Source of the DNA: Trichosphaerium sp. ATCC 40318
Lineage: Eukaryota; Protista; Tubulinea
DNA length: 64,000 bases
Direction: 5' to 3'
Assembly: GCA_038496445.1 (NCBI GenBank)
Contig: JALMLS010000455.1
Span: forward strand, 1 to 64,000
Shown one piece after another: positions 51,501 to 62,455 of this stretch (positions are counted from its first letter, which is position 1; each line of letters starts with the position of its first letter). Both the position numbers and the translations under genes were made by a program. The notes beneath the pieces are model-generated. The model had not been told where the DNA came from and made no database searches. It worked only from the letters and a program-made list of their open reading frames with translations.

Positions 51501-52146
51501 AGATCCAGCACCGTCCGTACGTAGAATAAAATAAGATTTACAAAGCTGAGCTCTAACTTCGTTTTTGCTTTGTTTAGGGTTGTTTCTTTCCAAACAGATA
51601 TACAGGTATGTGGTGACATTTACCTTAGTTTTCTGAACCTAAATTAATCTCATATTAGTTTCTACCAATGGCTATCACAAGATAAATAGCTCTTCATGCG
51701 TAGGCGGTGTGCAGTTGAGGGATTTGGGAGCCTTTGAGTATTCTTGCCCTCCAGCTATACCTCCTGTAGTAGTACGCTTTTTTTATATTTGTTGCTGTAT
51801 CTAATGGTCTATTGCGTAGCCTATGACAGTGGCTGCACCAACAATTGTACAAACGCCGCCACCAACTGGGTCTGCTGGTGCAAGTGAGGAATCAGTAGCG
51901 TCCACATCAGCACTCAGTGTTGGTGCTGTTGTAGCGCTTGTAATATTGGTTGTTATACTTGTAGTTCTTGTAGTGCTCACAATCATAATGTATATTGCAA
52001 CAAAACACCAGTAGAAAACTGGTAAAACTAAAAATTATGTTGCTCAGTATGGTTTTGTTTTTCTTGGTTTCCATTTCAGAGAGAGCGTATCACAGCATGT
52101 TAATTCATTGTCGCGGAGTTTTCTTGGCGTATCTCAAAGTAGCTAG
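48529..52146 (+). CDS. VPS10/sortilin-domain type I membrane receptor
   Basis: Signal peptide, BNR repeats (STDQGKNW, TRDNGATF, SKNFGANW, SRDAGRTW), 10CC region (DYETWTP..CVLGKKLTYIRKKESAEC...CPCTREDYSC), then TM helix. Confidence 0.9.
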
Positions 52147-52314
52147 GTATTAAGGAGCTGTAATAGTATTAGATCAACGCGGTTTACGGTGTGACGTGTT
52201 TGCTTAACGATATTCAGTAAATCACGCGTTTTTAAAAATTTTCTTTGCTTTCTTCGTTATTTTCACTGACAAGAAAACTAGCAACTGCGTCATACAAATT
52301 ACACAATAACCAAC

Positions 52315-52908
52315 ATGACATCTCTTACGCAATTCGTAGATATAAGCAGCTCTCAACACAAAGAAATTAATATCAACAAAAAATCAGCCTCTCAGGAGCC
52401 ATACGTTACGGCGGTAAGCTCGGAGATTAACTACGCGAATACATTACATACGAGCACAGAACATATCAAATCGGACCTAATCGACCCAGACTACGTTCTA
52501 CAACAAAAATCAAGCCATTCGTATGCCACAACATCGTCTGGCGAAGAAGACGTTCAAGGAAAACGTATTAACCCGCCTCACATTCAACATACCCACGGCC
52601 AACCAGAATACTCTGTACAAGGAACAAGCCCTGATACGTATACTTCAACCAGCTACATAAGCGAACCAACCGACAAAATGGCGGGACAGCCTGCTTATGT
52701 AGGACAAACCGTAAACCCACAATCATACACATCTACAACCACTGTACCTGAACCATCAGACAAAATGGCAGGTAGACCAGGTTACTCAGTGCAAGGATCC
52801 AGCCCAGAATCCTACACCAACACGAGCTACAAAACTACTCCTAAGAAATACAAATCTCGCGGTCAACCTTACACTACGTCCTCCAACGGTGCCAACTATA
52901 CAAACTAG
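52315..52908 (+). CDS. Intronless S/T/Y/P-rich protein with 29-aa internal repeats
   Basis: Clean ORF; a GQPEYSVQGTSPDTYTSTSYISEPTDKMA-like unit occurs three times plus a partial copy. Confidence 0.75.
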   Translation: MTSLTQFVDISSSQHKEININKKSASQEPYVTAVSSEINYANTLHTSTEHIKSDLIDPDYVLQQKSSHSYATTSSGEEDVQGKRINPPHIQHTHGQPEYSVQGTSPDTYTSTSYISEPTDKMAGQPAYVGQTVNPQSYTSTTTVPEPSDKMAGRPGYSVQGSSPESYTNTSYKTTPKKYKSRGQPYTTSSNGANYTN

Positions 52909-53014
52909 AAGTGAAATTGTAAACTATTAACTGTACAAAGAATGTAATAAAAGCAACTTTTTGAAAATGTCGACCTGTTAAACTTCAAAACTTAATTCAA
53001 AATTCGTGACAGGA

Positions 53015-55238
53015 ATGAGTTGGCAAGGGTACGGCTACCCGCCGTATCCTCCTGGTGTACCTCCAAATCAATATTTCAATGGTCCTCCTCAACCGCCCAA
53101 TTATGGCGTACCACAGTTCCCACACGCGCCATATCCACCAGGTATCAGTTTACAGTTGTATTGTTAGTATTTACGTTAATTTCATTTTTTAGTGTACAAT
53201 AACCCACCACATGCATATCCACCACCTCCACCGCACGTTGGATACAATGGAAATGGTTATGGCCAATATCAGCCGCCAAACTTTCAGCACAACTACCCTT
53301 ACGCGCAATATGGCCAGCCACACGCGCCACCGCAACCCCAAGTACCTCCACCACCTCCTGTCAGACCTCCCGAGGTACGTTTTTTACCAATTATCTTTTC
53401 AACGCGCTAATATACCTACCAGCCACCTCCTCAAATTGATGCTGCGTCCCTCTTTAAAAAAGGAAAAAGCAGACCTGAAAAAATATGTATTATAATGCGT
53501 GGGTTACCAGGTACAGCTCAAAGAGCAGATATTGTGACAATGACATTTTATTTACCTGGTGTCAAAAGGTAGTGGAAAAACATATGTCACGAACGTGTTC
53601 CGTGATCTGGAATCAAAGGAGTTTGGCAACAAGCCTAGAATAATATCAATCGATGATTACTTTATGGAACACGTTGATGAGGATATAAAGGATCCATTGA
53701 CAGGCAAGATGATATCAAATACAAAGATGGTCTACAAATATGACCCAGAGATGTTAGACGTACGTATTTTGCGTAAACTAGGCGTATTCGCTACTCTACA
53801 AAAAAAATTTTCTGCTCATGAGGCATTAATTTTTTTTGCGTTCTAATTAGTATCTGTTGGTGCTACTAGGTGTGGTCTATATGTACTCATGGTATTTTTT
53901 TGTTTAGGCGTACACAAAAGGATGTTTAAAATCATTTGAAAAAACGATCGTACAAGGTTTCTTTTCATTTATAGTTGTCGATAACATTAATGCTAAAGTT
54001 TCCGATTTTGAACAATACTGGTTTATTGCACAAAACGCAGGTTTTGCTGTTTACATATTTTCAACAGAATGTGATATAGAGGTAGCCCTTGCAATCATTC
54101 ATTCCTTAACAGAACTAAACTATTATACAACAAACAAAAAAGAAACAAAAAAAAAACAAAACGAATCAAGCGCCTTTAGCACTGTGTCTTTCTTTTTCTT
54201 TGCTCTTTTGATCTAGAGTTGTTGTTTTTATTGATTACTTTTGTAGACTTGCGCTAAAAGAAATATACATGGAAAGCCTTTAGAGGAAATAAAAGAATTA
54301 AAGGTAAGTATAGAAAAAAAAAGAAGAAACTTTTTTTTTTGGATGCCTTGAAAAGGAAATTGTCGTTTCATTGAACCATAAACGTCGTTATTGGTTTTAC
54401 CATACTAATGACAAATACGCATAGGATAATTGGGAATTGACACCTCACCATTATATGAGGCTAAAGCTCGGTGACTTGTTAAAAAAGGATATATTCACTT
54501 TGTCTGAGATTGATGAAGTTGAAATGGAAGGTAACGAAGACGTTGATGCCGATGGAGTGAGCGAAGGTGAAGAAAAACCTATTGAGCCACAGGAAAGAGA
54601 AGTACGTATTTTTTGAAAAGAAAGAAACTTGAACAAGAAACCGTCTCGAAACTTATGTTTTTGTTGCGTGGAGAATTTTTTCTTCAATTCGGGTTTGCAG
54701 TATTGTGATGTCTTGTTTTTTGCTCAATGAATGACTGTGTACTTATGTTTGTTGAAGGTAAAATGGACCGATCCTGATTTTGATAAACAAAACGATGAGG
54801 ATGAGTTACTGGTATGTTCTATTGTGATCTTCAATATCTTTACAATTTTTTTCCAAATTAGGCATCACAAAACACAAAGAAAAGAAGACGTTGGGATATG
54901 ACTCAAGAATGGCGTACATCCAAGAAACGTAAGCCATTAAAATCTGTTCTCAGAGATACGGAAGGAGAAAGCAGTACAACTGGATTAATAGTGCGTGTTC
55001 TTTTAAAAACACCTTCCATACATCATGCAAAAGCCAGTTTTGATTTTTTCTTTAGGGTCTAATGGAAGCATACGCTTCTGAAAAGAGAGTGAGGTGGGCT
55101 GATCAACCACCGGCTGCTGTACCACCTCCTGAACATGTTGAGAAGAAAGTAGAGGTTACAGGTGTTTTTGGGAGCGCTCTTGTTAGCGGATATGATTCTG
55201 ATAGCGATGAAGCTGATAATACAGCGCCTGTGAAGTGA
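53015..55238 (+). CDS. YLPM1: YLPM1/ZAP3-like protein
   Basis: P/Y/Q-rich N-terminus; RPEKICIIMRGLPGSGKTY, RIISIDDYFM, FIVVDNIN, CAKRNIHG, WELTP; PP1-docking KRVRW motif. Confidence 0.85.
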
Positions 55239-56667
55239 CCTATTGAGAAATAAAAGCTTGTACATAATTATGATTTTATTGCCTACATTTATATTTCAGT
55301 CACTGCTAAGGTGCTCATTACACGTGACTCATTCCAAGGATTCATAACATCTACCCTTTGGCGCTAGTAAGTGCGTGAATGTCTTGATTTTTTAAATATT
55401 TGTAGCACAAAGGTAACAAAATCCCTTCCTGGGCACATGGCTTCTTTCGCATTTCTCTTATTTTATGGTACGTTGTGGGAAAACGTTTGGATCATTTGAA
55501 ACTATTGTGCTGAGATTCACGTAAAAAACTGACGAATGTTGTCGCCCTCGTCGTATAAAACACAATTACAAAATACAACCAAGCTTCATACAGTGTAAGA
55601 GTTCGGTCACCTTAAAAAATCAACATTTACCAATTGTTGATCACGTGACTTTGTAAAGGAAGTGTTAAGTTTTCGCAATCTATTCTACGAGCTGATTTTG
55701 CTTCATTAGCCTTTTACACAACTGTTAGTAGTGATTTGGAGCAGTTTGAGGTCAAAAAAGAAGGCACTCGCAGTGTAACAATAAAAATGTAGCTGTATTA
55801 CTTTTAAATGCTGTTTTTGGCGTTTTTGTACAGTAGAAAGCCATGTAAGAGTATTGTTACACCAAGTATTGCTTTTTCAGTTAAGTGGGGTTTAAAAAAA
55901 CCAAAACACACTCTAATAGCCCCTCATGGCATCAAATAACCACATATAAGCGTTTAACATACCTATTGCAACGATGAGACAATGTATTTCATGTAAAGCA
56001 GTAGGAGGATCAATTAAACACCTAAAACACCAAGTATTGCATTGTGTGGGCAAAAAAAAGGCAGCAGAGCTTTATTCTATGCACGACATTTTTACAAATT
56101 CAAAGAATCATAAGTTTGTATCACCTAACAAAAGAGGAGCTAAGCATAAAATGCAAAGTGTAACCTTAAGTATACAGACGGAGAAGAGGAAATTGTTAAT
56201 TTGCTGAAGGAACATTTGACTTTTATGCCAAGTGAGTTGCATCTGCTTGGGTTATGTGTAGGGCCTATTTACAGCTAAATAAAGTAGTTTAGTAACACGG
56301 AAGGGTTTTTAAAGTATTATTTTTAGACAATGATTGTTTATTGCTCAAATACTCCATTTACGCGTAGAAATCGCCATGTAATGTAGTTTAAGCAGTTTTT
56401 ATTGCTTTTATCCTTTTTTATATGAGTGCCGTATTTTGCAGCATTTTAATGGTACAGCACACCTTAGCACTACTGTTTACATCCGTCTAGTACAAAACTA
56501 GCTCGTAGAATAGATTGCATAAACTTAACATTTCCTTTATAAAAATCAGAATTCGCCTTACCTTGAACCGTTTACAACAACAGTCAGATAACCCTAGCTG
56601 ATTTATACGACATACATAAGTAGCGCACGTGTTCTCCGGACGAATACTAATTAACTTATTGTGTAGG

Positions 56668-58407
56668 ATGAAGCTCACGCAAATTATTCTTTTTTTCGTG
56701 TTTTTAGCTCCTGTACTTTCGTTTGGAGCGTTATCTCTATTTACAGTTGAAGATGCCCGCAAAGGTACTATTATGATAAGCCAGGGCCTTGCGTACGATG
56801 CTGTCAATGATAAGTACTTGTTCACATGGAAGCTGTTCGGAGAAGTGAACAGGTAAGCAAAAAAAGTTCGCCTGCGTTTTGTGTTACACAGCAGTAACTT
56901 TGTCTTAGCTACCAAGGAAGGTTTTTTGCAAGCAATAGTACTGCTTTATCTCCTATCTTTTCTCTTGATCTAACTGGACTCATTGCTTCTGGAACTATTA
57001 TCACCTCTGGTCTGGTTGGTGATGGCAAGGGATCTTACTTGTATTATTTTATTTTCAGACCTGCAACGAGTGGCGCTGTGGATTTATTACAAGCGATAGT
57101 GCTTGATAGTAATGGAGGCACAGTAAACAATGTATTTGGAATAGCCCAAGGAGATGTAAACTTCCCCACAGCAGCATACAATAGCAAAAGCAACAAGTAC
57201 ATGGTAATCTGGAGTACTATCAATGGCGTCTTATCGTCATTGATAGATGCTTCAACTAGTGCTGTTTCCATACCATTGTCCATAACATCAGCAACAATCA
57301 ATACACCAATTCCTCTTAGTATTGCTTACAATAGCATTGGCAATGTCTTTTTTGCAATGTGGCAAACAGAGTCATATAGCATTCAAGGAACGCTATTTAC
57401 GGATACAAGAAGCGAAACAATGACAGTGCTTGATATTGGCGTAGGTTCTGACCCAATAGCACTTTCTATAAACCCACACTTTAATGTTGCCGCCAATAGA
57501 GATAAAAACGAGTTTTTGATTATATACCGTTTGGGTGTCCGCAAAGTGAAAGGCACTGGCGGATTTGATGGCAACGAAGTTCCAATTCTTAAAACAGGTA
57601 TGACAGAAACTCTGGAAGTTCCTTTTAGTGCTTCGTACTATGAATATGAAGGCGTGTACTTGATTCAATACACCACCTATATTCAACCCGTTGCAAGCAG
57701 AGTTATAGCCAAGTTAAATTCAAGGTATGTTTGAAAAAACAAGTAGGTTGTTGTTGGTTATATTTCTTTAGTTCCCTAGAAACTATAGATACACTGCAAG
57801 TCTATGAAGATGTTTTTGATCAAGGAAATGGGTTTTTTGGTATTGAAGCAAGTGGTGTTATTGGTTTTGTGTGTGCTACAGAAACAGATGCTGATTTCAG
57901 TTGTTCTCTAAGAGGTTGGTACATCTCACGTGTAACGCCTCCGCCAACAAGCGCTCCAACAGTGGTACCCACAAACGCTCCAACATTGGCACCCACAAAC
58001 TCTCCAACAGTATTCCCAACTACAACTGCGCCCACTACCGAAGCACCAATCGCAAGTCCCACGACACCACCTGTAGTAGCCCTAACAGAAGCTCCTACGA
58101 ACACACCAACCAATGTACGTTTTATTTATTTTTATTTGGCTAAGGTATTTACTAGCACACAGCCGAATCACCGATAGTAACAGCAAGTAATACTAGCACA
58201 AGTGGTATATCAACTGGTCTTGTAGTTGGTATAGCTCTTGGTATCATTGTCTGTCTCATCATTGTTGCTACAATTGTTGCAATTGCATTCATTTGCAGAC
58301 CTAAAGGAGATAGTTCAGTAGTTGTTAATGTCAATACTCCTGTGGCAGCAGGAGTAAATAGAACAGAACTAATACCTGTTGGTACACCTTTAGGACAACC
58401 AGCATAA
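56668..58407 (+). CDS. Type I surface protein with a beta-rich ectodomain and PT-repeat stalk
   Basis: Signal peptide MKLTQIILFFVFLAP, repeated AYN/AYD..Y.V.W motifs, PTxAPT stalk, TM GLVVGIALGIIVCLIIVATIVAIAFIC. Confidence 0.8.
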
Positions 58408-59064
58408 GTATTCGCAAAAACATCTAGGATAGGGTAACACTTGCCTGCTATAAACTTAATGATTGGCAATTTGCCACTGTATAGAATTTGACATGTTTTG
58501 GTAGATTCCAGTTTGAAACTTTTCAGTCAAAAGAGTCAATAAAAGACGTAAACAATGGCAACAAGTACAGTTATTTTCTCGTTGGTACATATATTTGTTG
58601 CCTTCTTTCCCATCTAGTCATGCCACACATTGCATATTTGAGATTTCTTTTCCTTGAGGTACCACTTAGTATTCTAGAACGCCAACTAAAAACCTCCCTA
58701 ATACAACCAAATAACCACTCGTACAAATTTCAACCTTTTTCAACGGACTCGTACACACCTCAGACAACGTTTACTCTTCTAGTTGTTCTTTACAGATACA
58801 GGAGTGATTCCGGGAATCGTATATTGAGTACATTCTTTCACATTGCAGCATTCGGAGTACGAAAATATGGCGAACTTCTGTGTGTCCATAAATTTTTTAT
58901 CTTCAAGCAGTAATTTTAATCGTCTCGTAGCTTGCACAATGAATTGCAAAATCAATAATATTGGACGAGTTGTTAAAGAGGCGTGGTATGTCGATACAAA
59001 ACGCCTATTGTTACGCTATTTGACTAAAACACGTTGTTTCTAGCCGAAAAATTCCCATAATCTC

Positions 59065-59119
59065 CTCACCATAGCTCAGTTGGTAGAGCGGGAGACTGTA
59101 GATCTCTAGGTCACTGGTT
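59065..59119 (+). pseudogene. 3'-truncated tRNA-Tyr copy (identity starts in the 5' flank at 59043)
   Basis: Identical to tRNA nt 1-55; stops at GGTT of the T arm. Confidence 0.9.
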
Positions 59120-59418
59120 ACGCGTCGCATTGTGTTTACCATACTTTACCACGTGTTTTGTGAAAGAATTTGTTCTGACATTTTTTTGGTTTAAATACCG
59201 CATACCTAAGTCCACAGAAGGCGTTTTATAACATTTACGTTTATTTACAAGCCAATTCATTGAAATATTTTTTTTGACAAGCATTTATCTCGGCCAAAAT
59301 GGTGCCTAGAGAAAAACTTGAATTGTTTTTTGAGCGACAAAATATGCTTGCACAGCGTGAGTATGCAAAATGAAGTGTAGAGATGCTGTATGGAGCAAAA
59401 AAAGCGCAAAAGGCTACT

Positions 59419-59491
59419 TCTCACCAACCGGATTTGAACCAGTGACCTAGAGATCTACAGTCTCCCGCTCTACCAACTGAGCTATGGTGAG
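59419..59491 (-). tRNA. tRNA-Tyr(GTA), intronless
   Basis: CTCACCATAGCTCAGTTGGTAGAGCGGGAGACTGTAGATCTCTAGGTCACTGGTTCAAATCCGGTTGGTGAGA: 7-bp acceptor stem, GTA anticodon, A discriminator. Confidence 0.96.
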
Positions 59492-59763
59492 GAGATTATG
59501 GGAATTTTTCGGCCATGTTAGTTTGAGTTCAAAACAGCACTATACTATGTGTAACAAAAAATCTAACAATTGCTACGGCGTACAGGCCATTTCTGGATTA
59601 CTTTTCACATAACTCGTTACTTTAACAAATAGTAAGCTACATATTTTTAAATGTATTTTTTCAGCACCTTTCTGTCTTTGTGGTAACAAAGTGTTTTCGT
59701 CATTGTTAGGTGATTTAACCCAATCGCTTTTGTTGCTGTTAAGGAAAGTGACCCACCTCGTGT

Positions 59764-62210
59764 TTAAGTGGTTGTAGCGTTCATTAAAGGTATATTCTGT
59801 TGTATATGTGGTGTTGCGCCAATAAGGGGCTTGTCTTTGCTATCGCAGTTGTATGCAATTGGAACATGAGGTGCGTAATATTTAATAGTAGCAGCCAAAG
59901 AGCCAATATCGCCTTGTTTCCACCAATACGGAATATGTACTAGAATAATACCCGCTTCTTTACAATGTTGCTGTTTTTCGTAATCACGTGCTTCAAACAA
60001 AGTGGCTGGAACAGAGTACGGCACAATTCCATCATGATAATGGTGTTCGCCTAATTTTTGGAAGTATAAGTGTCGGCATAAGGAGTATAGAAGTTGGCTT
60101 GAAAAAGCGAGAATAACATACCTTGATATTCAAGCGCCAAATTTAGTGTTGATACAAATACGTCTACTGTTATAATCAAGCCAGAGCTACTACGTAAACC
60201 TATAGTATGTTCTTCTTGGACATGGTAATGAGGGAACAATACACTTGCACATTCACATAGATACCTACATAAATGTTACTCTACGATCACACTCGACAAC
60301 TAATAAAATGTTTGTAGATTATTTTTCAAAAAACCCTCGATAAATTTGTCAAAAAAAAGTGAGTCTAGAGATCAACAGTGTAAAGCATAAACGGTAAAAT
60401 TTGAAGTGTGATGAACGTTTTTTCCTCACCACACCATCAATAAATATCTTATCCTATCATCTCCCTTTCATCGACAGGGTGTTTTAGCCCATTTGGTGCT
60501 ACTAAGGACTCAACTTGTTGATGGTATTGGCGAGAAAAATATGTCATCATTATTCCAGATTTTTTGTTACACATAGTATAGTGCTGTTTTGAACTGAAAC
60601 TAACATGGCCGAAAAATTCCCATAATCTCCTCACCATAGCTCAGTTGGTAGAGCGGGAGACTGTAGATCTAGGTCACTGGTTCTGTAGAAAATAAAGAAA
60701 AGAAAAAAAATACTTTTAATCAAATATTTGTTTTGGTGAACAGCGTTGTTACCTTTGTGCTGATCTCTTAGAACTTGATGAAAATCGCTTCCAATCCCAC
60801 ATACGTGTTGGATCTAATGATTTGAGCGCTTTGGGATAATACCTTAGCAACCCTAGTCCACCAAATTTGGCAATCTGATCTGTTGATATGCGATACCATG
60901 TATCAAGGTTTGTTATCTTTAATGACTTTGATACCATTTGTAAAAAATGTCTTTGGTTTTTTTCATCGACCCAGTACCACTTGGGAGTGTTTTTACGAGT
61001 TTTTCTTGTCTTACGAAAGTCGTCTAAGAAATCTTGTTTGACTGTTTCCGGAGGGCTGTGTTCTTTCGCTTCTATTGCACGAGTGTGTTTACGGTTGTAT
61101 TCAAAGTTGTATATGGCATAAAGAGCGCTTGAAAACGAACCACCGTATCTACAACATGAAATTAAACAAAAAGGGAAAAAGAATCAAGAAGTGTGATAAA
61201 ACAGAGGGTTGGGAATAACTTTTTTATGAAGTTATTGAAAAAAACAACACGTACCTGTGTATTATGCTACCGCCTCCATGTTTGATGATTTTTGAATTTG
61301 ATACATTTGACCAATCTTCTTGGCATTTTATGTTTAATTCCTCGCCGATCAACTCCAGTTTTTGGTGTTGGTTTGATGTTTGTTCCCAGAAACTTTTTGC
61401 CATTTTTCTGCAAGAAAACCAAAATGTAAGAAATATGAACACGCGTTTTATGCATTATTTCACGTGCTTGAAGTTTAATGAATCCCAAGGATGATTCGGA
61501 AATACCTTGGTAAGTGCTGCAGGTAAGGAATCATACCTACAAGAAAAAAGATTAGAAAAGCATTATCATTGTAAAAGCACTTGCTTGTTCATGATGCTTG
61601 CTCCTCCAATGTTGATTATATCTGCTAGGCTTACGCTGTACCAACCGTCTAAATCCTTTACTAGTAGTTTCCGAGCTATCTCGTCAAACCGTGCACGTTG
61701 GTTACGCATTTTATTCCAGTAGCCTTGTGGTGTTTTTCTTTGATAAAGCTACAATCAGCGTGGACCAAAAAGTTGTCTGAACGTACTGAAAGCGTTCAGT
61801 ATTCCAGTTGTGATGTGGATAAGCAGTACGTAGAGTTTGCGCCATTGAATTATCGTGTAGGCTTTCGCAAAACGAGCCGTTAGGATTTGTTTTGTAGAAT
61901 GACTTTTGGGTACCCAATAACATTGTTTGCGCCGTTTTTAACCAACACTTTACGCCTTAGGTCGTACCATTGATCCAAATGTGTCACCTTGACACGTTCA
62001 GCAACCTTCTCTAATACACCACTTCGCACAGTGCTAGCTCATATGAGTATTTCGTAAAGCTGTAGGTTTTTGGTTCTCTTTGAATTGGATACTTATTAAA
62101 TGCCTTTATAATGGTCGCAACTATAACGTAATTGTTTTCACGTACCTTTGTAGTTCAGGCGTGAGGTAATTTACATAGTTCTTTGTGGCTCGAGTGGCAA
62201 TGCATGCCAT
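59764..62210 (-). CDS. Tandem W-rich repeat protein with a C-terminal PD-(D/E)XK/RAP-like domain (paralogue 2)
   Basis: Repeats (LKITNLDTWYRISTDQIAKFGGLGLL; LNIKCQEDWSNVSNSKIIKHGGGSII); C-terminus ITVDVFVSTLNLALEYQGEHHY...RDYEKQQHCKEAGIILVHIPYWW. Confidence 0.82.
60630..60683 (+). pseudogene. Second 3'-truncated tRNA-Tyr copy, inside an intron (identity starts in the 5' flank at ~60557)
   Basis: Inverted copy of ~59436-59563 with a 2-nt deletion; ends at GGTTC. Confidence 0.9.
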
Positions 62211-62455
62211 TGTACTGAAGGAAGGAGTAGGTTTTTACTGTGGTTTTGCTAACTGTAATGCAACATTTCCGTTTATATAAAGCTAATATCGCTCGTGCGC
62301 GTATCTTCTCGCGTGGGCAGTAGCGTAGATTTATTTTAACGGGCTAAGATATAGTTTGACTGATAGGTTCGTTTTTGGCTCCTAACGTTACTGTCACAAT
62401 TTAGCCACCTTCCACCAAGTCCCACAGTCCTATAAGTTGGTCAGACAATAAATAA

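Noticed and set aside
58488-59043. ORFs upstream of the tRNA fragment
   Set aside because: Non-ATG starts and no coherent spliced product on either strand.
59065-60683. Split or trans-spliced tRNA, or a tRNA-derived SINE
   Set aside because: No separate 3' half is present, an intact gene exists, and the copies include untranscribed upstream flank.
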